IMG/VR virus record: IMGVR_UViG_3300021976_000015
Span: 1 to 58,156 of that record
Source of the DNA: a virus
Lineage: Duplodnaviria; Caudoviricetes
Direction: 5' to 3' (one strand)
DNA length: 58,156 bases
Positions 23,547 to 33,600 of this stretch are shown here, piece by piece. Each line of letters starts with the position of its first letter. The stretch's first letter is position 1. A program made the position numbers and the translations under genes. The notes beneath the pieces were generated by a model. That model had not been told where the DNA came from. It ran no database searches and saw only the letters and a list, made by a program, of their open reading frames with translations.

Positions 23547-25094
23547 GTGGGCAACACTTACGACTACAAGGCCGTAGACATCGGCGCTGTCGATGTTGTC
23601 GATGAAGGCAACGGTGTCGTCAGCACCATCGTCTCGGTCACGGGCGTCAAGGACAACGTCAACGACATCATCACGCCGGGTGCGTACGAGAAGACCTTGA
23701 AGGTCCGTACCCCCAAGGGCATCTGGCACCACGACTGGAAGCAGCCGATTTCCAAGACGCTGGAATCCAGGGAGCTTCTTCCTGGCGACAGTGAGCTGCC
23801 CAAGGCAATGCCGAACGGCGATGCGTGGCCATCCGAGGCGGGTGGTCTTCTCATCAAGACCGAGTTCAACATGAAGACTCAAGCCGGTCGTGACGCGTAC
23901 GAGAACGTGAAGTTCTTCGGCGCGGACCAGGAGTGGTCGATCGGGTACAAGGTCGAGAAGTCGCGCCGGGAAGCCAAGACCGGTACCAGGATCATCGACC
24001 AGCTCGCTCTCTACGAGTACTCCCCAGTCCTCGTGGGTGCGATGCCCCTCGCGCATACCACGAAGCTGAAGAGCGACGAGGAGTCCTCGGGCATCAAGGA
24101 AGCCCAGGCGGCGTGGAAGGAATTCAGCACCAAGGAGACCGAAGCCGAGGGAGAAGAGAACGAGGACTTCTCCACAGGAGACGGCGATGGAAGTACAACC
24201 GAAGACACCGAGTCAACCCCAACTCCCCTCGCGACTACGCCGACTGAGGTCGTTCCTGACGCCGACGACGAAGAGGGTGAAACGTCGGAAGAAGGGTCCG
24301 AGGACGCGGATGACCCCAAGTCTTCCGACGAAGACGAGGCAAAGGAAGGCGCTCTAGACACCGATGAGTTCGTCGCGCTGATCAACGACCTGATTCCCAA
24401 GGTCGCTGAGCTGGAGAAGTACCTCCAGTACGCGAAGAACCGCGACCAGGGTCGTACCGCAGAAGACGAAGATCCCGCAAAGCCGGAGAACGCCGACAAG
24501 GGGTACGACGACCTGTACTCGGCGGTCATCGATGTGGTGGCCAAGGCGGACAACATCAACCCCAAGTTTGCGTATGAACTGAAGACCCAGGCGTTGATGT
24601 TCGACACCGTGTACGAGAAGGAAGACGACGTCGCGAAGATCGAGGAGAAGTCCGAAGCCTTCCTCGATGTTCTCGATCTTGTCGCCGACCTCCCCTCGGA
24701 CCAGAAGGTGTTGTTCGCGCCGATCGTCAATCAGCTCGCCGAGATGTTGAAGCCCAGCACTGGTGAAACGAAGAAGACCGGCGCAAGGACCACCGACGAG
24801 CGCGACAAGATGTCGGAGACCGGCAACGCGCTTCCTGATGGGTCGTTCCCGATCGCTGACCGCAGTGAGTTGCGGAAGGCGATCCAGGCGTTTGGTCGCG
24901 CGAAGGACAAGGCAGCCGCGAAGAGGCACATCATCAAGCGGGCGCGCGCACTGAAGTCAGAGTGGATGCTTCCTGACGGGTGGTCGGGCAGCAAGGAAGC
25001 CCAGGAAGAAGACACCGAGGTCAAGATGGTCACGGTTCCGATCAGTGAACTTGGTTTCGATCTTGATGGGTTGAAGTCTTTCCTGGACGACTAA
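23547..25094 (+). CDS. prohead (capsid maturation) protease with acidic scaffold-like extension
   Basis: DNVNDIITPGAY, WHHDW..PI, WSIGY and LYEYSPVLVGA match an HK97-type protease. C-terminal ALPDGSFPI...AFGRA...HIIKRARAL domain. Confidence 0.88.
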   Translation: MGNTYDYKAVDIGAVDVVDEGNGVVSTIVSVTGVKDNVNDIITPGAYEKTLKVRTPKGIWHHDWKQPISKTLESRELLPGDSELPKAMPNGDAWPSEAGGLLIKTEFNMKTQAGRDAYENVKFFGADQEWSIGYKVEKSRREAKTGTRIIDQLALYEYSPVLVGAMPLAHTTKLKSDEESSGIKEAQAAWKEFSTKETEAEGEENEDFSTGDGDGSTTEDTESTPTPLATTPTEVVPDADDEEGETSEEGSEDADDPKSSDEDEAKEGALDTDEFVALINDLIPKVAELEKYLQYAKNRDQGRTAEDEDPAKPENADKGYDDLYSAVIDVVAKADNINPKFAYELKTQALMFDTVYEKEDDVAKIEEKSEAFLDVLDLVADLPSDQKVLFAPIVNQLAEMLKPSTGETKKTGARTTDERDKMSETGNALPDGSFPIADRSELRKAIQAFGRAKDKAAAKRHIIKRARALKSEWMLPDGWSGSKEAQEEDTEVKMVTVPISELGFDLDGLKSFLDD

Positions 25095-25108
25095 ACAACG
25101 CTCTAGTT

Positions 25109-25158
25109 GCGAACTCCTGGGATCATTGAGCTACTCTTTGATCTCAGGAGTTCGCTTT
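25109..25158 (+). terminator. 17-bp stem-loop upstream of the capsid gene
   Basis: GCGAACTCCTGGGATCA / TGATCTCAGGAGTTCGC followed by TTT. Confidence 0.5.
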
Positions 25159-25256
25159 GGTGTTGATCAAGGCAGACGCCACAACTAGCGATCCACTCCA
25201 ATCGGGGTGGCGCGGACGTTGTCGCGCTACCCATCTGCCTCAAGAAAGGTCAACCC

Positions 25257-26573
25257 ATGGCAGACGAAAATCGGATCAGCGAGCTTTCTAAGGCCCTTGA
25301 GGCCAAGGCCGCGATCATCAAGGAAGGCATGGAGAAGGGCGTCACCGTCGAAGGTGAAAACGTCACTCTCTCCCAGGAGACCGCCGACAAGATCAAGGCG
25401 GCGCATGCCGAGGCCCAGGAAATCAAGGGTCTGATCCAGGTCGAGAAGTTCGGCGACGAGGTCAAGCGTTTCCTCGATGACCCGAGCAGCGATCCAGTGT
25501 CCCTGGCGGTGTCCGCGAGCCAGATCTCCCATAAGTCCCTGGGTGAGATGTTCGCTGACTCGCAGGAGTTCAAGGACCTCATCAAGTCGGGTCGCACCGA
25601 CATGCCGGTCCCCTTCCAGGTTGAGCTGGCGGATGTTGCCAGCCTTCAGCAGAAGGACGTTTTCACCGCGTCGGGTTCGGCGGCGTACACCCGGACGATG
25701 GGTCCGATCCAGTTCGACCCGATGGTTCCTCGGGCGCACCTTCAGTCCCGCGTTCGTGACCTTTTCCCGGTCGCGTCCACGTCGGCCAGCGTTATCGACT
25801 ACTTCCGCGTGATGGGATACACGAACAACGCCGCGTCGGTTGCTGAGCGGTACGCGGCGAACGGCACCTCTCCGGCGACCGGTGGTCCTACCGACGTCTT
25901 CGGCAAGAAGCCTCACACCAACCTGACCTTCGAGTCGAAGCAGGCTCCGGTCAGGACGATCGCGCACTGGGAAGCCGCGCACCGCAACGTTCTCGCGGAT
26001 GTTCCCCAGCTCCGGTCCGTGATCGACAACGAGCTTCTGTACGGCCTTCGCCTTGAGGAAGACCGTCAGATCCTCAGTGGAACTGGTACCAACGACCAGC
26101 TTCTCGGCATCCTGAACACCCCTGGAATCCAGACCTACACCCCTCCGGCGGTGGGCATCGAGATCCTGTCGGACTCGCTGCGTAAGGCCGCGACTCTGGT
26201 CATGCTCGCCAACTACCAGTCCACGGGTTATGTCCTGCACCCGAACGACTGGGAGCAGGTCGAGCTGCAGAAGGGTGTTCCGGACGGTCACTACATGCTG
26301 TTCACGAACATCTCGGTCGGTCTGAACGCGACGGTTTGGCGTCAGCCGGTCGTCGAGACCCCGGCGATCGCGGAGGGAACCTTCCTCGCGGGTGCCTTCG
26401 GTCTTGGTGCTCAGCTCTATGACCGCGAGCAGGCCAATGTCCGCATCTCCGAGCACCACGAAGACTTCTTCGTGCGGAACGCGGTCGTGGTCCTGGTGGA
26501 AGAGCGTCTCGCGCTTGCCACCAAGCGGCCCGAAAGTTTTGTAAAGGGATCGGTGGACGTTTCCGCCACGTAA
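25257..26573 (+). CDS. major capsid protein (HK97 fold)
   Basis: VRTIAHW...VLADVPQLRSVIDNEL.YGL..EED.QIL.G.G...GILN and EERLALATKRPESFV. Confidence 0.95.
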   Translation: MADENRISELSKALEAKAAIIKEGMEKGVTVEGENVTLSQETADKIKAAHAEAQEIKGLIQVEKFGDEVKRFLDDPSSDPVSLAVSASQISHKSLGEMFADSQEFKDLIKSGRTDMPVPFQVELADVASLQQKDVFTASGSAAYTRTMGPIQFDPMVPRAHLQSRVRDLFPVASTSASVIDYFRVMGYTNNAASVAERYAANGTSPATGGPTDVFGKKPHTNLTFESKQAPVRTIAHWEAAHRNVLADVPQLRSVIDNELLYGLRLEEDRQILSGTGTNDQLLGILNTPGIQTYTPPAVGIEILSDSLRKAATLVMLANYQSTGYVLHPNDWEQVELQKGVPDGHYMLFTNISVGLNATVWRQPVVETPAIAEGTFLAGAFGLGAQLYDREQANVRISEHHEDFFVRNAVVVLVEERLALATKRPESFVKGSVDVSAT

Positions 26574-26594
26574 TCCAGATTCACCTAGGTAGCC

Positions 26595-26643
26595 GCCTGA
26601 CCCCCTCTTCCATCCGCCTGGAGGTAGGGGGTCAGGCCCCTTT
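26595..26643 (+). terminator. intrinsic terminator-like hairpin after the capsid gene
   Basis: GCCTGACCCCCT...AGGGGGTCAGGC followed by CCCTTT. Confidence 0.55.
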
Positions 26644-26681
26644 ATGACACATATTTGAATGACCTTGGTTAGGATGACCCC

Positions 26682-27365
26682 ATGTCATTTCGCCACCCTG
26701 ATTACCTGGACCGACCTGGGTGGGTTCATCTCGACAACTTGAAGTACCCCATCGGCCAGGAATGGATCGACAAGGGCTACAAGCCGATGTTCGAAGTGTC
26801 CGCATCAGCGGGTACATGTGTCATCTGTGGTGCAACGGACTCCAACTGCACCTCATCTCAGGAAGGATCTGATATGCCCCCTCAGAAGCGCACCACGACC
26901 AGGCGCACGAGCACGAAGCCCGCTGGCGCCGAGGAAAAGGACAACAGCATGACCGAGAAGGATCTGGAAAAGCAGGACCAGACCGGCGCGGAGACCAAGG
27001 AAGCTCCCGAGACCGAGGCGAACCCCACGGGCGACGTCGAGGAGAAGTCGGAGTCCAAGGTCGGAATCACCAGTGGCGGCGCGGAGTACGTCCCAGCTCC
27101 TCCGGAGATCAAGGAGGAGAAGCAGCCCAAGATCGACCTGAAGAAGTGGGAAGGCGCCCCGCGCGAAGGCGTCATTGTCGAGGAGGGAGATTCCGCCAAG
27201 GCGATCCCGACTCAGGAGGTCCAGGGCGCGTCAAACATGGTCACGGTTCGTGAAAATGTGTGGAAGGCGTCCTTGCCCGTGAATTCAAGGCGTCCGGTCT
27301 ATACCCTGCTGGTAGCAGCAGGGTCTTTGATCCCCAAGTCCGACCTGGACACCATGATTGGTTAG
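26682..27365 (+). CDS. hypothetical protein (low complexity; alternative start 26874)
   Basis: ORF between the capsid and adaptor genes. Confidence 0.6.
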   Translation: MSFRHPDYLDRPGWVHLDNLKYPIGQEWIDKGYKPMFEVSASAGTCVICGATDSNCTSSQEGSDMPPQKRTTTRRTSTKPAGAEEKDNSMTEKDLEKQDQTGAETKEAPETEANPTGDVEEKSESKVGITSGGAEYVPAPPEIKEEKQPKIDLKKWEGAPREGVIVEEGDSAKAIPTQEVQGASNMVTVRENVWKASLPVNSRRPVYTLLVAAGSLIPKSDLDTMIG

Positions 27366-27373
27366 GAGCGGGA

Positions 27374-27955
27374 ATGGCCGTCACCACTACTGATGAAGTA
27401 GAAACGGCGATCGGCCGTCCACTCACCACGGAAGAAGAGGCGTTCGTAGAGCTTCTGATTCCTGAACTAACGGCCGTGATCGAGCTTTACCTGAACCGCA
27501 AGGTGGAGCAAGAGACCGTTGTTGAGGAAGCACAAGCCCACCAAGACGGACGCCTCTTCTTGTCGTATGGACCGATCGCATCGATCACCACGATCACGTA
27601 CCCAGGCGAGACTGGACCTGTCGCGTTGGATTCAGCCGCCTTCACCTACGAACACCGTTGGTTGTATGTGCCGTGGGCAAACGCGCCGTACACCGTGACC
27701 TATGTCGCGGGAGACGAGCCGGTCAACCCCGCCGTGAAGATCCTGGTCCGTAACGCGATTGCCAGGACGGTCCTACAAGGCCCTGTAGTGGGTTCTGGGG
27801 CGATCAGTTCCTATTCCGTGGAGGGAACTGCTATCACCTACTCACGAGTCTCTGAGGGCTCTACAGGGGTTCCAGGGGGTGGACAGCCGGTGGGTAAGTT
27901 CACCGTTGCGGACATCACGTCCATCCAGCGCCTACAAAGGTTGAGTTACGCGTGA
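27374..27955 (+). CDS. head-to-tail adaptor
   Basis: MAVTTTDEVETAIGRPLT...VIELYLNR, YTVTYVAG and SYSVEG, plus gene position. Confidence 0.75.
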   Translation: MAVTTTDEVETAIGRPLTTEEEAFVELLIPELTAVIELYLNRKVEQETVVEEAQAHQDGRLFLSYGPIASITTITYPGETGPVALDSAAFTYEHRWLYVPWANAPYTVTYVAGDEPVNPAVKILVRNAIARTVLQGPVVGSGAISSYSVEGTAITYSRVSEGSTGVPGGGQPVGKFTVADITSIQRLQRLSYA

Positions 27956-28359
27956 TCACCGACCCGGTTTTCCCCTTCCCAGACCCAGTGTTCTTGTGGG
28001 TCCACAACATCGCGATCATCAAGACCTCGGATGCGGTTCCCGAGTCCGATGACGAGGGGTGGGAGATCCCAGCCGACCCTGCCCCCCTTGAAGTCGTGCT
28101 GAAGGGGTACGTCACCGCACCTGATCCAGAAGCCACGAACTCCAGCGAACGAGTCGATGCTGTCGTTTTGGTGCCGAGGGACACCGTGGTGAGTTATGCC
28201 GATGGGATCAGGACACCTTCGCAGGCCAATCTCGCGCCGATGTTGACCGGTGTGTGGAAGATCAGCTCGGTACGTCCCAACCCATCGCACATCAGGATCT
28301 TGGTGCGAAGGCCGTCGTCGCCAGACGATGTCCAACTAGGGGAAGAGCAGCTTCTCTGA
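27952..28359 (+). CDS. head-to-tail stopper (putative)
   Basis: Position, size and beta-rich sequence. Confidence 0.55.
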   Translation: MITDPVFPFPDPVFLWVHNIAIIKTSDAVPESDDEGWEIPADPAPLEVVLKGYVTAPDPEATNSSERVDAVVLVPRDTVVSYADGIRTPSQANLAPMLTGVWKISSVRPNPSHIRILVRRPSSPDDVQLGEEQLL

Positions 28360-28730
28360 TGGCACACAACTCTGAAGAAGTGATGATGGCGCTTCGTCGC
28401 GCCAAGCACTCAATCCCCAACTCCTTGGAGAACTTGGGTGTCGCGGTCGAGCGTGACCTGGTGAAGGCAACATCGCGCCCTGGTCCACCGTCTGCTCCGC
28501 CTTTCTCCCCACCAAGGCGTCGCAGTGGACGGTTGAGCGGATCGTTCGACCACAAGGTGCGCGGAACCACCATCTCCTGGTTTAACCGTGCACCCCATTT
28601 CGGTTTCGTCCAGCAGGGCACCAGAAAAATGCAGCCGCGTCCGGTGTTCCCCTGGGAAGTCGTGAAGAATTTGGTGCAGTACATCAAGCGATACATTGGC
28701 GGCGGAATTACCAGGGCGGAGCGAGGGTAG
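28359..28730 (+). CDS. HK97 gp10-like neck protein
   Basis: P..RSGRLSGS...FVQQGTRKMQPRP motif. Confidence 0.75.
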   Translation: MAHNSEEVMMALRRAKHSIPNSLENLGVAVERDLVKATSRPGPPSAPPFSPPRRRSGRLSGSFDHKVRGTTISWFNRAPHFGFVQQGTRKMQPRPVFPWEVVKNLVQYIKRYIGGGITRAERG

Positions 28731-28738
28731 GAAAGCCA

Positions 28739-29131
28739 ATGTCTTCGGTGTACGCAGAGATCAAGCAGATCATCGTGGATTCCACCTTGATCGGGCGGCG
28801 GGTGTATCGAAGCCCAGCTCCTGACAAGGTGGAATACCCGTACGCCGAGATCTATGAGTCGTTGAATCCCGAGAACATTCTGAACGGGGATGCCCGCGCC
28901 CTGTACGAACAACGTGAACTAACCGTTGAGGTGCACCAGAAGCGTGGGGGTCAGGTAAACCCAGATCTTCCTGTTCAGATCGCCAACCTCCTCAGAAGCA
29001 CGACGATTACGGTGGACACCAAACCCTGCTTTGTTCGGGTGTCGTCGTCGTTTCCAGTGGACGACCCAGAGCTGGGTTCTTTCCACAACGACATCACTTT
29101 GACCGTGATGGGTGCAATCGGGGTCGCGTAG
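28739..29131 (+). CDS. tail terminator (putative)
   Basis: RVY..PAP....YPY motif. Lies just before the major tail gene. Confidence 0.65.
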   Translation: MSSVYAEIKQIIVDSTLIGRRVYRSPAPDKVEYPYAEIYESLNPENILNGDARALYEQRELTVEVHQKRGGQVNPDLPVQIANLLRSTTITVDTKPCFVRVSSSFPVDDPELGSFHNDITLTVMGAIGVA

Positions 29132-29225
29132 TCCCTAGAATGCGCTGTAGCTCATCCTTGCAGGTGAGTACACAACCGAAACCGTCGTCGTGACGGTGCC
29201 CTATTAGGCCCTGAGGAGGGTCCTT

Positions 29226-29792
29226 ATGGCTACGCCCAAGGAAACCGTTACGTTTGACGTACACGACGCAAAGGTTCAGCCGCTTCTGACTGACACCGCT
29301 GGTGGTTCTGCCACTTATGCGGTCGCCGTTGACGTACCGGGTATTGCTCAGGTGTCTCTTGACCCTGAGTTCATCACCGCAGAACTGAAGGGTGACGCCC
29401 GAACCATCGCGCGTAAGGGCAAGACCGGTTCCTTCAACGTCTCTGCCACGTACTCCGTCATGAGCATGGATGTTCTCAAGGTGCTCTACGGCGGAACTGT
29501 TACTCCCGAGGTCGCGCCGGAATCCGTGCACTGGATTCTTGAGGGCGACAACTCCGTGCCGTACTTCCTGTTGTCGTTCCTGATCGACGACCTGTCCACG
29601 GGAATCGGTTCGCTCCACGTGAGCCTGTACAAGGCCCAGGTCACTGGTGGATCTCTCTTCGACCAGAGCACCGACGAGTTCGGTCAGCGCTCTTTCCAGG
29701 TCTCTGCGATCCCCACTCTCGCGACCGACGAAATCATCAAGGTCGAGATGTTCACCGCGCAGACCCCGCTCCCGACCGCTGCGATTCCGTAA
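29226..29792 (+). CDS. major tail protein
   Basis: 188 aa with ELKGD and PYF motifs, plus gene position. Confidence 0.8.
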   Translation: MATPKETVTFDVHDAKVQPLLTDTAGGSATYAVAVDVPGIAQVSLDPEFITAELKGDARTIARKGKTGSFNVSATYSVMSMDVLKVLYGGTVTPEVAPESVHWILEGDNSVPYFLLSFLIDDLSTGIGSLHVSLYKAQVTGGSLFDQSTDEFGQRSFQVSAIPTLATDEIIKVEMFTAQTPLPTAAIP

Positions 29793-29836
29793 ACCGAACC
29801 CCACCCCTACTACTCCTGCTCACCTAAGGCGGAAAC

Positions 29837-30433
29837 GTGGAAGCTCTCAAGGCACCGACAGTATTGGCAAACCGAGGCATCCCAGTTCTCGTGTACGAGA
29901 CCGTGGGTGTCAAGGACGAGGAATCCGGACTTGTCGACTGGGAGGCGAACTTCGATGCGCCTCGTGCCCAGAAGTACGTCACCATCAACAACCTGACCGC
30001 GTCTTACCTGGAAGAGAAGTACGGCAGCCTGGACGAGTTCCAGGAAGCTCTTGTTACCAAGACGAACACGGTTGTGCAGGACACCTTGGCTTTCATCTGG
30101 AAGCAGCCAGCACATCAGACGGCGGTGTCTTTGCTCGATGCCGCGATCAACGAGTACCGGATCGCAATCCTTGTTGCCTATCTTCGCGCCCAGGGAGTCA
30201 GCGTTGATGACTCGGGAAAATTGCTGCGCCAGCAGATGGACCTGCTGGTAAAGGGAGTGGAAACGATGGGGGTCCAGGCACTCGGAAGCCTGGACAAGGT
30301 GGAAAAGATCATGGCAAAGAAGGCGGAGGAGACAAGTCCGGAAGAGCCACTGTTCGAATCCCCTGGGACGACTGGCTCAGAATCTGGATCAAGCTCGGAC
30401 GATCTATTGATGAGTTCTGGGCCAGTTCGATAG
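29837..30433 (+). CDS. tail assembly chaperone
   Basis: Lies between the major tail and tape measure genes. Confidence 0.75.
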   Translation: MEALKAPTVLANRGIPVLVYETVGVKDEESGLVDWEANFDAPRAQKYVTINNLTASYLEEKYGSLDEFQEALVTKTNTVVQDTLAFIWKQPAHQTAVSLLDAAINEYRIAILVAYLRAQGVSVDDSGKLLRQQMDLLVKGVETMGVQALGSLDKVEKIMAKKAEETSPEEPLFESPGTTGSESGSSSDDLLMSSGPVR

Positions 30434-30591
30434 CCCAGGTCGCTTTCGTCTTCAGAGTTCATTCCGACGGAGATCAACCGAAGAAGCGCAAGGGTTCGTT
30501 CGAAGAGGCAGCACTTCTCTTCGGTGCAGTGCAGAAGGGCCAGCCGAAGAACAACCGGCCGAGGCGAACGGAAGTAAGCGATACGGCCTAG
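30214..30591 (+). CDS. tail assembly chaperone -1 frameshift extension
   Basis: In-frame G GGA AAA at 30214-30220. The -1 frame is open to TAG at 30589-30591 and encodes IPWDDWLRIWIKLGRSIDEFWASSIAQV. Confidence 0.7.
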   Translation, partial: GKIAAPADGPAGKGSGNDGGPGTRKPGQGGKDHGKEGGGDKSGRATVRIPWDDWLRIWIKLGRSIDEFWASSIAQVAFVFRVHSDGDQPKKRKGSFEEAALLFGAVQKGQPKNNRPRRTEVSDTA

Positions 30592-30610
30592 GACTGGAAA
30601 CGGTCCTAGG
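30587..30610 (+). other. GAAA-tetraloop hairpin before the tape measure gene
   Basis: CCTAGGACTG-GAAA-CGGTCCTAGG. Confidence 0.5.
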
Positions 30611-30639
30611 TCTACAAACCAGAGAGAGGGAGTTGGGAA

Positions 30640-33600
30640 GTGGCGATCCGTCTCCCTAATCTCACGCAGAACGTCAAGATCGACACCAAAGATCTAGATA
30701 AGGCAATTCTCAAGGCGGCGCAGTTCAAGGTCGCCATGGACAAGGCGTTGGACATCGATGACGCCAAGTTCACCGCACAGATGGCCCGTATCCGGGCATC
30801 GATGATGGCGACCACGGATGAGGCCCGTGAGTTCGCGCGCGAGATGGCCAAGGTCCAGAAGGCCATGGAGCAAACGAATCGTCAGACCTCCATCGGGACC
30901 ACCCAGACGCGCAAGTACCGCGACGTCATGAAGAGCACCAAAGATCATGTTCTTCAGGCCAGCAAGAACGTGGATCGCTACGGCGACTCCATGTCCAGGC
31001 TTGAGAAGGTCACGTCACGGACCGCCGTCGCGACAGGGAACTTCAACAGCGAAGTAACCGGTGTTCGGGACAATGTCCGAGCCACCGTCAAGTCCAACGA
31101 CGATCTTTTCAACTCCAACAAGAAGCTCGGTCTCAGCTTCCGTGCCCTGAAGCTCGGTGGAATCGGTGCAGGACTTCTGGTCGCGATCCCTGCCATCGCA
31201 CAACTAGCACCGGTCCTGGTAGGTCTTGGTGCCGGTCTTGCCCCGCTGAGTGGATTCGCAGCACTTCTACCTGGTCTTGTTGCGGCCTTCGCGGGGTTGG
31301 CCGGTGTCATTGCCCTGGTCGCGACGAACAACGAACAACTAGGCGAAGCGTTCAAGTCCTTTGGCGCGGATATGCAGTCCGTGCAGCAGATCGCCCAGGA
31401 CAACATGAACCCCGCGATCATGGAGTTCTTGGACACCCTTCGCAACATGAAGCCGGTCATCGAAGAAGTAACCGGCGCCATCAGTGGTGGGTTAGGGCGT
31501 GCAGTCGAATCCTTCAGCGCGATCTTGGCGTCACCTGCATTTCAGACCGACTTTCTCACTGTGGGTCAGTCTCTTGGTCGGGTGTTCGACACCCTTGGTC
31601 AGGCAGGTGGTCAAGCCCTTCGTGGTCTGACATCCCTCGCAGCTGGAGCATCACCCTTCTTCGAGCGTGTTGCCGAGGCGGTTCGGCAGGGCGCACAGAA
31701 CTTCGCGGCCTTTATTGACCGTGTTCGCGCCAGTGGTCAGCTCGAAGCCTTCCTGGATGCTGCCTTTAAGACCGCTCAGCGCCTCTGGGGGATGCTCAAA
31801 GACCTTGGTAGCACTCTGGTGTCCCTCGGCAGGATCGCAAACGAATCAGGGCTAACTGAGGCGATCTTCGGTGGTCTTGAGGGCGGCATCGCGGGTGCGA
31901 AGAAGTTCGTCGAGGAGAACAAGGCTCTTCTCACCACGACGTTCCAGAACATCGCGGAGAACGTGAAGGCCCTTGGCCCGGTCTTCAGCACCCTGTTCCG
32001 CGAGATTTTCACCACCCTGGGAAACGTCGACCTCAAGCCGATCGCTGGGTTACTGACCGACCTGATCCCGATCATTGCGAACGTCGCCGACAGCTTCGTG
32101 GATTTGATCAACAGCGGAATCGCCGCGTTCGGTCCCGCGATCAAAGCCGTTGCTGGCCCTGCCGCTGACTTCATCAAAGAACTCGTGGACACCGTTGGTG
32201 GTGTTCTCAAGGGTCTTGAGCCCCAGTTCACCGCGTTCGGTGAAGCGATTGGGCGAGTCTTCTCCGCTCTGGGAGCTGCCCTACCTTCGCTTGGTCCGAT
32301 CCTGAAGACCGTCCTGGACGTACTTCTCAATGTGGGTACGGCGATCGCGAACGTGGTGACTGCAGTCCTCCCTGCCTTCACAGGTGCGCTGAAGGTCATT
32401 TCGCCGATCTTGAGTGTGGTTGGGTCAGCGATCGGACTTCTGGTTGATGCGATCAGCTTGATCCCTGGACCAGTCTTTGCTGCTGTTGCGGCGTTCCTAG
32501 CGTTCAAGGCAATCGCCGGTACGTCTCTGTTCTCCGGAATGATTGGCGGACTGACCAAACTTTCTGGCTCCCTTGGCTTCATCGCACAGGGTGGTGGCGC
32601 AGTTGGTGCCGCTGCCACAGCAGGAAGTGTGGGGGCAGGGAAGCTTGCGGGGGCCTTGAGCAAGGTTGGTAGTGCACTTCCTGCTGTTGGTATCGGTGTC
32701 GGTCTTCTCGCCTTCGCGATCGGTGATGTGGTCGAGAAGCAGCAGGAGGCCGTTGCTCAGGGTGGGAAGTGGGCAGAAAGCTTGCGCGCTGGAGGTACCG
32801 CCGCGCAGAACGCCACCAAGGAAATCGAAGCCGCCGCTGACAAGCTGGAAGAGTTCAAGAAGCAGTCGGTTATCGAGAAATCATTCGGTCTTCTGACCGG
32901 CGATACCGGCGAGTCCCTTAATGCTCAGCGTTCGATGGAAGCACTCCAGCAGGCACAGGACGACTACATCAAGAACACTCCACTGCTGACTCAGGCCCAG
33001 GACAAGGTGGACCAAAAGTTCGCCGATCTTCAGGTCGCAGTGGACAAGTACGGCGTGGGTTCGAGTCAGGCAACCGCCGCGTCGAAGACGTACCAGTCAG
33101 CCCAGGACGATCTTGCTCAGGCGCAAGCCGATGTAGCAGCCGCGACCCAGAGTGCGACCGACGCCATCGCGGAGTACCGCGAGACGGCCTTCAACACGGC
33201 AATCGATGTGGCTACGGCGACCACTCGAAACAGCGATGCCCAGATTCGACTTGGTGAAGCGATTACTGGAGTCAACGATGCCAACGCCACCTACGGGGTG
33301 GGAAGCGTCGAGTTCGTCACGGCCACCAACAACCTCGCTACTGCCGCGACCACAGCAGCGGACGCAGCAGGAACCTTGGCGGTGTCGCAGAACGCCACCG
33401 CGACCGAGGCAGAAAAGGCCACGCTTTTCCAGGACGCTTATCTGACCAGCCTTCTGTCCACCGCGACAGCGGCGGGAACGTCGCTTCCAGAAGCCACTCG
33501 TTCGCTGATCCTGTCCATGCTGTCCACTGCGTCAGCGACGGGCACCGCGACAGGGGCGTTCGGTGAACTTCAAAAGGGAGTGATCTCGGTACCGGACAGC

